Virus record (IMG/VR): IMGVR_UViG_3300037515_000431
Location: 1 to 38,828 of that record
Reading direction: 5' to 3' (one strand)
Length of the DNA stretch: 38,828 nucleotides
Origin: a virus
Taxonomy: Duplodnaviria > Caudoviricetes
In this document: positions 8,235 through 16,626 of the stretch, piece by piece
Layout: each line of letters begins with the position of its first letter
Numbering within the stretch: position 1 is the stretch's first letter
The notes under the pieces: model-generated
The model's database searches: none
Seen by the model: the letters and a program-made list of their open reading frames with translations, nothing else
What the model was told of the DNA's origin: nothing
Program-made: the position numbers and the translations under genes

Positions 8235-9599
8235 ATGAGCACCAGAACCTACTTAGACCCCCATACAAATATCATGTATGAATTGCCTGCCGGTTTATCA
8301 AAAAACAATAAAAATATTTATGGCAAATGGAGATACAGGCATCCAACAAAGTTTGATGGTAAGCAATGCTGTCTTACAAAATTCATTGAGGGGTTGCCAG
8401 CCATTGTTTTGCCGGAAGAAGCCATCAAAATTGCTAACGACCTAAACAAAGCATTCAGTACTGAAGAGTGTCGCCCAAAATTAAAAACTAGTGGTCTTAC
8501 TGTATTAGCTGAAGAATTTATAAAAAGCGAGCGTGAAAGGCGCAGAGAAAACTCTGGCAACATGCGAAGACGCTTCATTGAAGAGTGTGCGGCTGTCAGA
8601 AAAACGGCAGCTCAATTGGAGCACATTAATTTACGAGATTTAACAGACGGCTTGTTAACCGACTGGTGGCATAACAGAAATCAATTTAACAAACCTTGCT
8701 ATATAAAATCTCCTTGCACACAAAGAAACCATAAACATATATTAAAACTGTTTGTCGGCTTTTTGTTGCTCAAAGGATGTACTGGCCTTGAGCGTAATAT
8801 TTTTAATTTCAGAAACGGTGACGTTTCTGCCAACTTCAAGAAAGAGGAGCCTAAAAAACGCAACCGAATAACTATCCAGCAGTTTTATAAAATCAGGCAA
8901 CTTGCCATAGATGATGGGGTGCAGTGGCTGGCGGATGCCATGACAATTGCTCTGGTAACCGGTTTGCGGCGCGGAGATATAGTTTCGCTTGAGTTTAATG
9001 GCAATATTGTAGATGGGAAGATCAGGACGGTTATTCACAAATCTGAATCCCAGCTTGGATTGGTTAGAGCGGCACACAAACAAATTACTTTAAAAAATAA
9101 TCGTGAGATTTTGGATATAGTAAATCGCGCATTAATTAGTAGACACCTGGCCGCACGAGAAACAAAAGAGGCAGTGGAATTACGGCCTGCCATTCATATC
9201 ATTCATGACTACACGGCTCGCATTAGAAAAGCAAAAGGCAAAACCCATTATTCACAAATCACAAAAGACAGATTATCAAAAACATTTAAAAAGTACAGAA
9301 ACAGGTTGCCGGAGCTTGAGCCATTGGCGGCGCATGAAAAATGTTCATTCCATGAAATCAGAGCGCTGTGGGTAGCTGCCCGTAAAAACCTGGGCCACAA
9401 CATTAAAGACATTCAAAAAGATGCTGCGCACCAGCACGAAAGCACTACCAATAAATATGGTGATGGACATGCTATTCAATATGAGGAGCTTGCTTATTGT
9501 CTGACTGAAGAAGATATGCGCAACCATGCGCTGTGGGAAGACGAGCACCAGGATGATCTAACCAGCACTATTGCGATTAAAAAGGCAGGTGGACAATGA
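8235..9599 (+). CDS. int: Tyrosine recombinase / integrase
   Basis: TGLRRGDI (R), FHEIR (HxxR), AAH, TTNKY (Y) catalytic residues. Confidence 0.92.
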   Translation: MSTRTYLDPHTNIMYELPAGLSKNNKNIYGKWRYRHPTKFDGKQCCLTKFIEGLPAIVLPEEAIKIANDLNKAFSTEECRPKLKTSGLTVLAEEFIKSERERRRENSGNMRRRFIEECAAVRKTAAQLEHINLRDLTDGLLTDWWHNRNQFNKPCYIKSPCTQRNHKHILKLFVGFLLLKGCTGLERNIFNFRNGDVSANFKKEEPKKRNRITIQQFYKIRQLAIDDGVQWLADAMTIALVTGLRRGDIVSLEFNGNIVDGKIRTVIHKSESQLGLVRAAHKQITLKNNREILDIVNRALISRHLAARETKEAVELRPAIHIIHDYTARIRKAKGKTHYSQITKDRLSKTFKKYRNRLPELEPLAAHEKCSFHEIRALWVAARKNLGHNIKDIQKDAAHQHESTTNKYGDGHAIQYEELAYCLTEEDMRNHALWEDEHQDDLTSTIAIKKAGGQ

Positions 9600-9775
9600 G
9601 TAATATTATCGATTTTGATGCAATGCGCAATAAAAGGAATGATGCCGCATTCGATAAGTATTTAAAAGAAAGTGGCCTCTATATGAAATATGATGAATAC
9701 ACAAAAGAGCAAGCTGCCAGCATCCTTGCGGAAATGAAAGCCCATGACGATGATGAACCGGATGGTGCGGCATGA
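9596..9775 (+). CDS. Hypothetical protein, 59 aa (not in the ORF track)
   Basis: MSNIIDFDAMRNKR...; ATGA overlaps with both neighbours. Confidence 0.65.
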   Translation: MSNIIDFDAMRNKRNDAAFDKYLKESGLYMKYDEYTKEQAASILAEMKAHDDDEPDGAA

Positions 9776-10773
9776 GGCATAAACCGTACTTGCTTAATAT
9801 GGATTTATTGACGCGCATGGCGCGCAAAAGTGGAGCAATTAATATCACCAAAAAAGATACCACCGAATCCGCGCTTCAACGGGCCATGACTTTTATTAAC
9901 AAAAAAGAGCCGCGTATGCTCGATACGCTTGAGTTTTTAATTCATGCCGAAGAATATTACTGGTTAAAGAATGGCAAACACGCTTATTTTTTTGATTCCT
10001 CCGCTACAGCCAGAGCATTAATTGATAGCAGCTTTGTCATTAATGACCTTGGGGCTGCTTGCGAGAATGGCGAAACCTTTATGCTGTGCTTGCCGGACGA
10101 CTTAACACTGGGCAATCAAAAAGTAACGAGTGGTGCGCTGGTTGTTATTGGCAAACATATTGATAGAGCAGACTTTGTTATTAACAGCTATGCAAAATGG
10201 ATAGATAAAGGCAAGTTGCAATGCAATATGGATATGGGGGAAGACCCAGAACACCTGGGCCTTTATATATGCTATCAGGAACACTATGGAAGCTGCGAGT
10301 ATATGCGCATGGCCATGCCTATTAGCAATGTAAATAAGTGTTTGAGCTTTGATAGTGCGGACGAATACAACGCATATATGAAAAAAACCAATGCGTTTAA
10401 CTATTTTGCCGGGATTCATCTTGATGCGCCAGAAATGAGTTTTCAATTCGATTTGGTAAGGTTGGTGGGTGCCTTATTGCTATACAAAAAAGCGATGCCA
10501 GAACGTCTAAAGCAAGGACTTCCCTTCTCTTTTAAAGAACAGCATTTTGATAGCCGCTACATAAAAAGCCATAAACCTGTTGTGCTGCATTCCCCTGCCG
10601 CTTCTGCTCAGGGAGCCAATATGTCAGTTCACTACCGTAGCTGGCATTTCAGGCAGCTAATGGATAAGCGCTTTTATCAAAGAGAGCATGCTGCCAAGCC
10701 TATAGGCAGCCGCATTGTTTTTGTGAGGGATAGTATCGTTAATCGAGAAATAGAAGCGGAAACGGTCTTATGA
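9772..10773 (+). CDS. Hypothetical protein, 333 aa, with C-terminal HYRSWHFR motif
   Basis: Long ORF in operon; no family recognised with confidence. Confidence 0.75.
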   Translation: MRHKPYLLNMDLLTRMARKSGAINITKKDTTESALQRAMTFINKKEPRMLDTLEFLIHAEEYYWLKNGKHAYFFDSSATARALIDSSFVINDLGAACENGETFMLCLPDDLTLGNQKVTSGALVVIGKHIDRADFVINSYAKWIDKGKLQCNMDMGEDPEHLGLYICYQEHYGSCEYMRMAMPISNVNKCLSFDSADEYNAYMKKTNAFNYFAGIHLDAPEMSFQFDLVRLVGALLLYKKAMPERLKQGLPFSFKEQHFDSRYIKSHKPVVLHSPAASAQGANMSVHYRSWHFRQLMDKRFYQREHAAKPIGSRIVFVRDSIVNREIEAETVL

Positions 10774-11105
10774 GCCGTCCTTGTACTGAATGCGGGGGCA
10801 CCACCCATATTTTTAATACGCGCTATTTAAAGACGAAAAATATGGTATGGAGGCGCTATACATGCAAATCCAGGCAGTGTGGTGCAGTATTTAGCACTTA
10901 TGAGCTGCCAGCAGATCAACTAAAACAACTGGCGGCGCCAACCAGAACCTTGTTATTCAGCTTTATGGGCTTTTATGTTTATGAGCTTGATCCTCCCGAA
11001 TCGAATACAAAGTACTGGCTTCAAAGAGAAAACGGGGAAGGCATGGGTATTGGTAAAATAGAGTTATTGAAGCACCTGGAACGGGGATGGTCTGAAATTT
11101 TCTAA
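10770..11105 (+). CDS. Zinc-ribbon protein (NrdR N-terminal / Ogr-like)
   Basis: CTECGG..TR...RRYTC...CGAVFSTYE. Confidence 0.65.
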   Translation: MSRPCTECGGTTHIFNTRYLKTKNMVWRRYTCKSRQCGAVFSTYELPADQLKQLAAPTRTLLFSFMGFYVYELDPPESNTKYWLQRENGEGMGIGKIELLKHLERGWSEIF

Positions 11106-11551
11106 ACACTTCTGAGGGCTGGATTTTGAAAGCTGCTACGACGAACTGCAAGAACCACACGCCAAATCAGCCGGATGGGTATCTCCAATGGCACGAGTGG
11201 GCAAAAAGGATGAGCAAGACACACAGGCAGGTACGATGTGCTGAATGCGACTTATTTAAGATTTGGGTGCCGAAGAAGAGGCGGAAAGGCACAAATCCGC
11301 GAGGCTATTGAACATGAGTAAACATACCAAAAAAATGACGAGCACCGAGCTAGAGGCGCAGCTTCAAATGGAGCAAATGACTTGCAGCGGCTTTCGTAAA
11401 ATAGCGGCTGACTTAGGAGCCGAGCTTGCGGAATCACAGCGGCAGATCAAGGGACTGTTGGAGTTGCTAATTCGTGCAAAAAGCGTCATTCCGAACAATT
11501 GTTGCGAGTTGAAATATGATTTAGACAAAGCGCTAGGGGGCGGAGGTTGGG

Positions 11552-11815
11552 ATGAGTAGCAGAACGCTAGATTTAATTGTAAAGCACTGGATAGGCGAGC
11601 TTCCACAAAGCGAAGGCTCTGTAAGGCTATCGTTTGTGGTGGAAACATTCTGTGCTGAAAATGACGCGATAATAGCTGACCTACAGCAGCAACTCGCCGA
11701 GGCGGACAGGCAGATTGATTTACTGCGTGACGCGCTCGAATACCATATAAGCCAAACGCGACCGATTGATAGGTCAGCTCAGGCGCTAGCAGCAACCGGC
11801 AAGCGGGGTGAGTGA
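11552..11815 (+). CDS. Hypothetical coiled-coil protein
   Basis: Overlapping ORF in the accessory operon. Confidence 0.55.
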   Translation: MSSRTLDLIVKHWIGELPQSEGSVRLSFVVETFCAENDAIIADLQQQLAEADRQIDLLRDALEYHISQTRPIDRSAQALAATGKRGE

Positions 11816-11903
11816 TGAGTAATTTAGACCTGGCACACTTGGCGGTAGATGTAACGGATTTTTGCAGCGCGTCTGGCTGCCCAGAGTTTGTCGTGTGGGA
11901 TTT
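11810..11903 (+). repeat. 94-bp direct repeat, copy 1 (copy 2 at 12691-12784)
   Basis: 91/94 identical by eye. Confidence 0.9.
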
Positions 11904-12200
11904 ATGAACAGATCAGAAAGGCGAGTTGTATGCGCGGCAATACGAGCTGCTGACGGTGATGTTTTGCTTGGCATACGGCATTACAGCAAAGACATGCACC
12001 GACAGATAGCAGCAAGGCATGATGGCAAAAAGTTTAGCAGACGCGACGATGATGATCAGGGATTCGTTGACCAGTACGGGAGCTTTATGAGCCGCTACGA
12101 GGCTTATCAGATTGCGCTGGCATCTGGCCAGCTTCGATACCCTGAGGCGTGTGGCAATGGTCTGGACGGCCCAAAACTGTACAGCGAAGGGCTGTATTGA
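11904..12200 (+). CDS. Phage hypothetical protein (start re-assigned to MNRSERR)
   Basis: VVCAAIR...GIRHY...QGFVDQYG.FMSR.EA...LYSE.LY pattern, familiar from phage accessory regions. Confidence 0.7.
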   Translation: MNRSERRVVCAAIRAADGDVLLGIRHYSKDMHRQIAARHDGKKFSRRDDDDQGFVDQYGSFMSRYEAYQIALASGQLRYPEACGNGLDGPKLYSEGLY

Positions 12201-12690
12201 TGTTAGCGGAAATGGTAGATTTTCTGCAATCACGACTCGCCGAGGAGGACAGGCGGATTGGGCTGCTTGGGAATGCAATACAAAAAGCAAAGTTTGAGCT
12301 TTCTTTTGCTGGTAATGATACGTATGTAATAGCGGCGATGGATGCCCTGAAGTCGGTATATGAAATCCAGCATCCAGAATTAGCAGGCAAAACCCTCAGA
12401 ATTAGCAGACAAAGCCCTTGATGCTAAGGTTGAGATGAGTGAGATAAGATGCGCACGCCCCGAAGGAGGGATAGTATGAAACACGAAATTGAATTGCAGC
12501 CATTTAGAACGCCTAACTTTGTGCTCCCGGTGCAGAAGCCGGGGAGCAGGCAGGATGGTTTTCACGATGCTGGAAGCATACCTTTGTCAGAATTAAGCGT
12601 GGAAACACTGGAGAAAATGTGCGCTCAGTTTCGCATTGACGTAATGACGAAAGCTGGCAAGCCGATCTAACCCACAACCAACCGAGGAGA

Positions 12691-12784
12691 GAGTGATGAG
12701 TAATTCAGACATGGCACACTTGGCGGTAGATGTAACGGATTTTTGCAGCGCGTCTGGCTGCCCAGAGTTTGTTGTGTGGGATTT
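12691..12784 (+). repeat. 94-bp direct repeat, copy 2
   Basis: Matches 11810-11903. Confidence 0.9.
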
Positions 12785-13085
12785 TGGCTATAGAGATTGC
12801 TACTCTTGCAAGCTGGTGGGCCAGAGCCATTTCGTAGACGCTGTACCGAAGTCCTGCTTGAAACTAAGTGAAATAACAAGCTGGATTAACGCCACCACGC
12901 CAGTGAGCGAAACGAGCGGGCAACAGCATATTGTTATGTTTGAAATGACAACAGAAGGATACAAAAATGCTAAGCAGTATCTTGATGCAATAGGTAGGCT
13001 TGAAGGATTTGAAAGAAATAAAACATCATTAGATGGGTTTAGTCTTATTGCTTTTGCAAACTCGATACTTGCTAAAGAGGAGTAG
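12693..13085 (+). CDS. Hypothetical Cys-rich protein
   Basis: GAGGAG RBS; its 5' end is duplicated at 11810. Confidence 0.6.
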   Translation: MMSNSDMAHLAVDVTDFCSASGCPEFVVWDFGYRDCYSCKLVGQSHFVDAVPKSCLKLSEITSWINATTPVSETSGQQHIVMFEMTTEGYKNAKQYLDAIGRLEGFERNKTSLDGFSLIAFANSILAKEE

Positions 13086-13089
13086 AGAA

Positions 13090-13530
13090 ATGTTAGGTAT
13101 CACAGACGCAATATCAATAATCCAGCCGTTACAGCCAACTTGCAGCGACTGGATGGAGCTAGAGCCGCCACCGGCTTGGGTAACGCTTGGATATGCGGGG
13201 CGCAGATTTTACCATGCACAAACCAAAATCATGGTTATAAGCGCGGTTGAGGTTGCGAAAGATGCTGATGGAATTGATCGTGGCGCCGAATACCATATCA
13301 GTATTTCAAAAAACGGCGGGCGCTGTACGTCTCAAGAAGCAAAAACAGTGCTTGAACAATTTGAAATTTATGGCGCGGAAGAAGATAACCACGTACCGGG
13401 CGGAGTTGTTAGAAACTTTTGGCTACCAGTTGCTGACAGATTTGTTGGGCTTGAGTGTGCTTGCAAAGATGCAGAGCCAGCAATTAAAGAAGACAAGGGT
13501 GATTACGTTTGGCGCGGAGTTACTACGTGA
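13090..13530 (+). CDS. Hypothetical protein (start re-assigned to MLGITD)
   Basis: EYHISIS...EEDNHVP..RNFW; last gene of the rightward operon. Confidence 0.65.
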   Translation: MLGITDAISIIQPLQPTCSDWMELEPPPAWVTLGYAGRRFYHAQTKIMVISAVEVAKDADGIDRGAEYHISISKNGGRCTSQEAKTVLEQFEIYGAEEDNHVPGGVVRNFWLPVADRFVGLECACKDAEPAIKEDKGDYVWRGVTT

Positions 13531-13568
13531 TACATACCCCAAGCCAACAGGTGAGCGTCCGCATCCCG

Positions 13569-13916
13569 TTATGTTTGCCGCCTGTGATTATATTCGTCAA
13601 TCAATTCTTGTAACTTGTTCGCTACGTCCCTCGCAGTAACAAGTTCACGATTCTTGCCGTACATGTGTTGAGCATACTCACGGCTAGCGCAACACAATCC
13701 TTTGGCAATCATGTGATACATGTTAAAAAAATCAGCAATAGCAGCATAGCCAGAATGCTTACCAAATTTCGGGAAGCCATCAATGAGTGAACCTCCCGCT
13801 TTTATCCATGGTTCAGAAGATGCAATATATTGTTCAATTATTGTGGCACTGAATGTATTATCTGATTGCATCAATATAAATACTTCTTTGACTGATTTAA
13901 GCCTTTCTTCGTTCAT
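13569..13916 (-). CDS. Hypothetical protein (start re-assigned to MNEERL)
   Basis: AAAACCGGAGAGA leader before ATG 13916. Confidence 0.6.
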   Translation of the reverse strand: MNEERLKSVKEVFILMQSDNTFSATIIEQYIASSEPWIKAGGSLIDGFPKFGKHSGYAAIADFFNMYHMIAKGLCCASREYAQHMYGKNRELVTARDVANKLQELIDEYNHRRQT

Positions 13917-13942
13917 TGCTTTCTCTCCGGTTTTATCAAGGT

Positions 13943-14152
13943 TTACCAATTTTGCTGTTTAATCTTTTCGTAGGGTTTAAAAGAGCAATCAATATCAATC
14001 TCTCCCCTCCAATATGCTTTTAATTCATTGCAATCAAACAGCCCAATAACGTCTTTTATGGGTACCATAAGGATCACGCTTCTGCTGCGGTTATAAATTA
14101 ATGCGCGGCTCAAATCCCCGGACAATGGGCGCTGAATTTTGAAAGGCTCCAT
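13943..14152 (-). CDS. Small hypothetical protein, paralog of 16297-16509
   Basis: FKIQR.L.G...VPI..V.GLF...EL..YW.G shared between the two. Confidence 0.7.
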   Translation of the reverse strand: MEPFKIQRPLSGDLSRALIYNRSRSVILMVPIKDVIGLFDCNELKAYWRGEIDIDCSFKPYEKIKQQNW

Positions 14153-14401
14153 TTAAAACGCCTCAAATGGCTTTCTGAAGGTTATGGTTGGTTTTTTATC
14201 GGGACGACTAGCCATATACCTTTCTTCTTCTTCTGGCCCCTGTTGTTGTATTCGCTGATATATTTCTTCCCTGTGGACGCTGATGTCCTTGGGAGCATCA
14301 ATGCCAATACGTACCTGGCGTCCATTTACTCCAAGAATTTCAATAAAAATATCTTCACCAATGATGAGCCTTTCTCCAACTCTGCGCGACAGTATTAACA
14401 T
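14153..14401 (-). CDS. csrA: Carbon storage regulator CsrA/RsmA
   Basis: [18 protein letters not shown]...[24 protein letters not shown]. Confidence 0.96.
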   Translation of the reverse strand: MLILSRRVGERLIIGEDIFIEILGVNGRQVRIGIDAPKDISVHREEIYQRIQQQGPEEEERYMASRPDKKPTITFRKPFEAF

Positions 14402-14416
14402 AGTTTTCTCTCCGGG

Positions 14417-14926
14417 TTAGTTAACAAAAACTTTAATCCATTCTTTTTTCTCAAGCATCGCAAGCTCCTTTTTGTAATGCTTTAATTTTTCCTTGGCAAT
14501 AGCTAAGGCGTTACGGTATCCGTGAAACGGGATGCTTACAGCAGTATTTCTATACACCATTTTGTCATTAATTAAACGGGCGATGTTAACCGAATAACAG
14601 TGGTGCTCTCTTAGTCCGCCTTTAATTGTTCTAAAGTATCTCTGTTCAGTAATGCCAACAAGGCCGGTTTTGGTTCGTGGTTTAACTGGTGCTCTCCTGC
14701 CGTTATAAAGCTTATCTATTCTGCCGCCATAATTTTTTTTAAGGAAAATATTTCTATGCTCAATCGCAGCTGTTAAAGCCTTTCTTTTGCCGCCATGTTT
14801 TTTGTTTGAAAAAAACTTTTGGTGCCGATATGGCGTACCGTGGCTTTTTTGAGAGAAATCTATTCTCACCCAAAAACCAGAGGCTTGGCTAGAATTAAGC
14901 TCAGTAATAAATTTATGCTTTTTCAC
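14417..14926 (-). CDS. AP2-domain DNA-binding protein (putative)
   Basis: FWVRI...QKFFSNKKHGGKRKALTAAIEHRN plus a second degenerate copy after TGLVGI. Confidence 0.65.
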   Translation of the reverse strand: MKKHKFITELNSSQASGFWVRIDFSQKSHGTPYRHQKFFSNKKHGGKRKALTAAIEHRNIFLKKNYGGRIDKLYNGRRAPVKPRTKTGLVGITEQRYFRTIKGGLREHHCYSVNIARLINDKMVYRNTAVSIPFHGYRNALAIAKEKLKHYKKELAMLEKKEWIKVFVN

Positions 14927-14959
14927 AATGAAACAATCCTTTCTATCGTTCAGGCACTT

Positions 14960-15277
14960 TTACTCCCGTGGTTTATTTTGGAACCTGGTACTAATGGGTT
15001 CCCCTGAAGCATCTAGTCGAATGTTGGAATATCTTAATATCTTCTCAATGGTATGCGCCCTGGGTTGATAGGAATCATATTTGGTATCAGCCTCCGCCAG
15101 ACGCTCTATAGTAGCTGTGGCCATAAAACACTCCTCCGCTATCTTCTTTGCGTTCTTTTTGCCCCCAGCAGCGTTTACGAGGTCTTGAGCGAGGTCAACC
15201 AGGGTGCGGCTACTGTTGCCAACCGCAGACCGTCTTTTTTCAGCGATAGCCGACAGGATGCTATTTTTAATGCTCAT
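14960..15277 (-). CDS. HTH (XRE-like) protein
   Basis: KKIAEECFMATATIERLA...PRAHTIEKIL. Confidence 0.6.
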   Translation of the reverse strand: MSIKNSILSAIAEKRRSAVGNSSRTLVDLAQDLVNAAGGKKNAKKIAEECFMATATIERLAEADTKYDSYQPRAHTIEKILRYSNIRLDASGEPISTRFQNKPRE

Positions 15278-15752
15278 TGGTTTCTTCCTTGTTTATGGTT
15301 GATAGAAATGCTTGCCCAATATTAATCATCTGCCTAACTGTTTCCATAGCCTGCTGTCCTTCCTCGAGGGCGGCAACAAAGCCATTCACGGCCCCGGCGG
15401 CTTGAGTGGTTAAAGCGGGGTTAGGTGATTTTCGCCTGCTCTTCTTATAAGGGGAGTTTGGGGCACCTGATGCTTTGACCATTTCTTCTACCGTCATAAT
15501 GGGGGCACCAGATTCTTTGAAAAAATTAATGCCCTTGGCGGTTAATTGATACGGCTGCAATCTCTGGAATCTTGGGTCTTTTTTTGCTTTCTTTAAAAAA
15601 CCTCTAGCCTTGGCTGCCTGAAATCGAGTGTCCATATTGTACTCATCGGAAAGCCCATATTTTTTGACAAACTGAGCTGGCCCCAATGGGGTTTTTGACT
15701 TGTGTATATAGTAAAGAATATCCGCTGTTTCTATGGTGCGAAAGTTTGTCAT
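15267..15752 (-). CDS. Putative winged-helix protein (start re-assigned to MTNFRT)
   Basis: GFLKK...YQLTAKG motif; GAGGGAG RBS. Confidence 0.55.
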   Translation of the reverse strand: MTNFRTIETADILYYIHKSKTPLGPAQFVKKYGLSDEYNMDTRFQAAKARGFLKKAKKDPRFQRLQPYQLTAKGINFFKESGAPIMTVEEMVKASGAPNSPYKKSRRKSPNPALTTQAAGAVNGFVAALEEGQQAMETVRQMINIGQAFLSTINKEETNEH

Positions 15753-15780
15753 AAAGCTCCCTCGTGATTGGCTTAGAAGC

Positions 15781-15809
15781 TTTATAATGATTATATAAAA
15801 TAAAGTCAA
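15781..15809 (-). promoter_or_regulatory. Leftward promoter with candidate operator for the csrA-containing operon
   Basis: Minus strand TTGACT-N17-TATAAA; operator at 15781-15797. Confidence 0.65.
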
Positions 15810-15832
15810 TACTTTTGCTTATTATTGATAAT

Positions 15833-16015
15833 TTTAGTCCCGTACAAATTTTTTAAAAAAATTATCTTATTAAAAATCAATAAGTTGCACCGAAATATTG
15901 AGGACTAAACGCCACCTTGACATGGACGATGCGAAAAATAAAACATTTTTATAATCAGTTGCTTACAGTCATGGGACTAAAAGTAACTGGTTGCGGACTA
16001 AAGACTTTAGTCCCG
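15833..16015. other. Candidate attP
   Basis: Core CCACCTTGACATGG (15912-15925); IHF consensus sites at 15875-15887 and 15953-15965; five GGACTAAA boxes in both orientations. Confidence 0.75.
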
Positions 16016-16078
16016 CATAAGTGGTTTATAAGTTTAGCCCTCAACTTGCTCAGCATAGGAGTGCTAAACGCATAATCT

Positions 16079-16154
16079 ACGGATGTAGCTCAGTTGGTAG
16101 AGCGATGCCTTGACATGGCATAGGTCGAGAGTTCGAGCCTCTTCATCCGTACCA
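16079..16154 (+). tRNA. tRNA-Val(GAC)
   Basis: 76-nt cloverleaf: ACGGATG/CATCCGT acceptor, GCTC/GAGC D-arm, ATGCC-TTGACAT-GGCAT anticodon arm, TTCGAGC T-loop, encoded CCA. Confidence 0.96.
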
Positions 16155-16260
16155 TTTTGATATACCAAAAGATGCAGAAACCTTGGTATATTGCTGGCAC
16201 GTTTGGGGTGGTACCCTGCGTAGATGAAAGCCCTCCTCTCCGGTGGGTAATTGTCGGGAT

Positions 16261-16285
16261 AGGGGGGTTTCGGCCCCCCTTTTTT
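16261..16285 (+). terminator. Rho-independent terminator downstream of the tRNA
   Basis: GGGGGGT-TTCG-GCCCCCC-TTTTTT. Confidence 0.85.
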
Positions 16286-16296
16286 ACGAGGTCAAG

Positions 16297-16509
16297 ATGG
16301 TAGAAGTTTTTAAAATACAGCGTTCATTGGGTGGAAATACAGCCACTGCATTCATTCGCAATGAGCCTAAAACTAAGCTGCTCCATGTGCCAATAGAGAC
16401 CGTTGTAGGGCTGTTTTCTGGTCAGGAGCTAATGGTGTACTGGCTTGGAACGGTAACGCCAGAGGGCAATTTTGAGGCTATTAGAAAAGCCTCTCATAAG
16501 CCCTGGTGA
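16297..16509 (+). CDS. Small hypothetical protein, paralog of 13943-14152
   Basis: GAGG RBS, ATG 16297, shared motifs. Confidence 0.7.
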   Translation: MVEVFKIQRSLGGNTATAFIRNEPKTKLLHVPIETVVGLFSGQELMVYWLGTVTPEGNFEAIRKASHKPW

Positions 16510-16626
16510 GCGGATTGCGGTAGTAGAGTAATGTCAAATAATACCCCCCAACCCGAAATAAGACTTTCTTTATGTCAAATAATGGCTCTATAATCAAATA
16601 ACCATCACCAAACCCGGAGAACTATT

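Noticed and set aside
15912-15925. Second tRNA or tRNA pseudogene
   Set aside because: Only the anticodon arm fragment is present; better explained as an att core.
16243-16296. Upstream GTG start for ORF 16243-16509
   Set aside because: It would span the terminator; ATG 16297 has an RBS and matches the paralog's length.
16531-16583. ATGTCAAATAAT direct repeat (two copies, 41 nt apart)
   Set aside because: Short and AT-rich with only two copies; it could be a regulator site but is not supportable.
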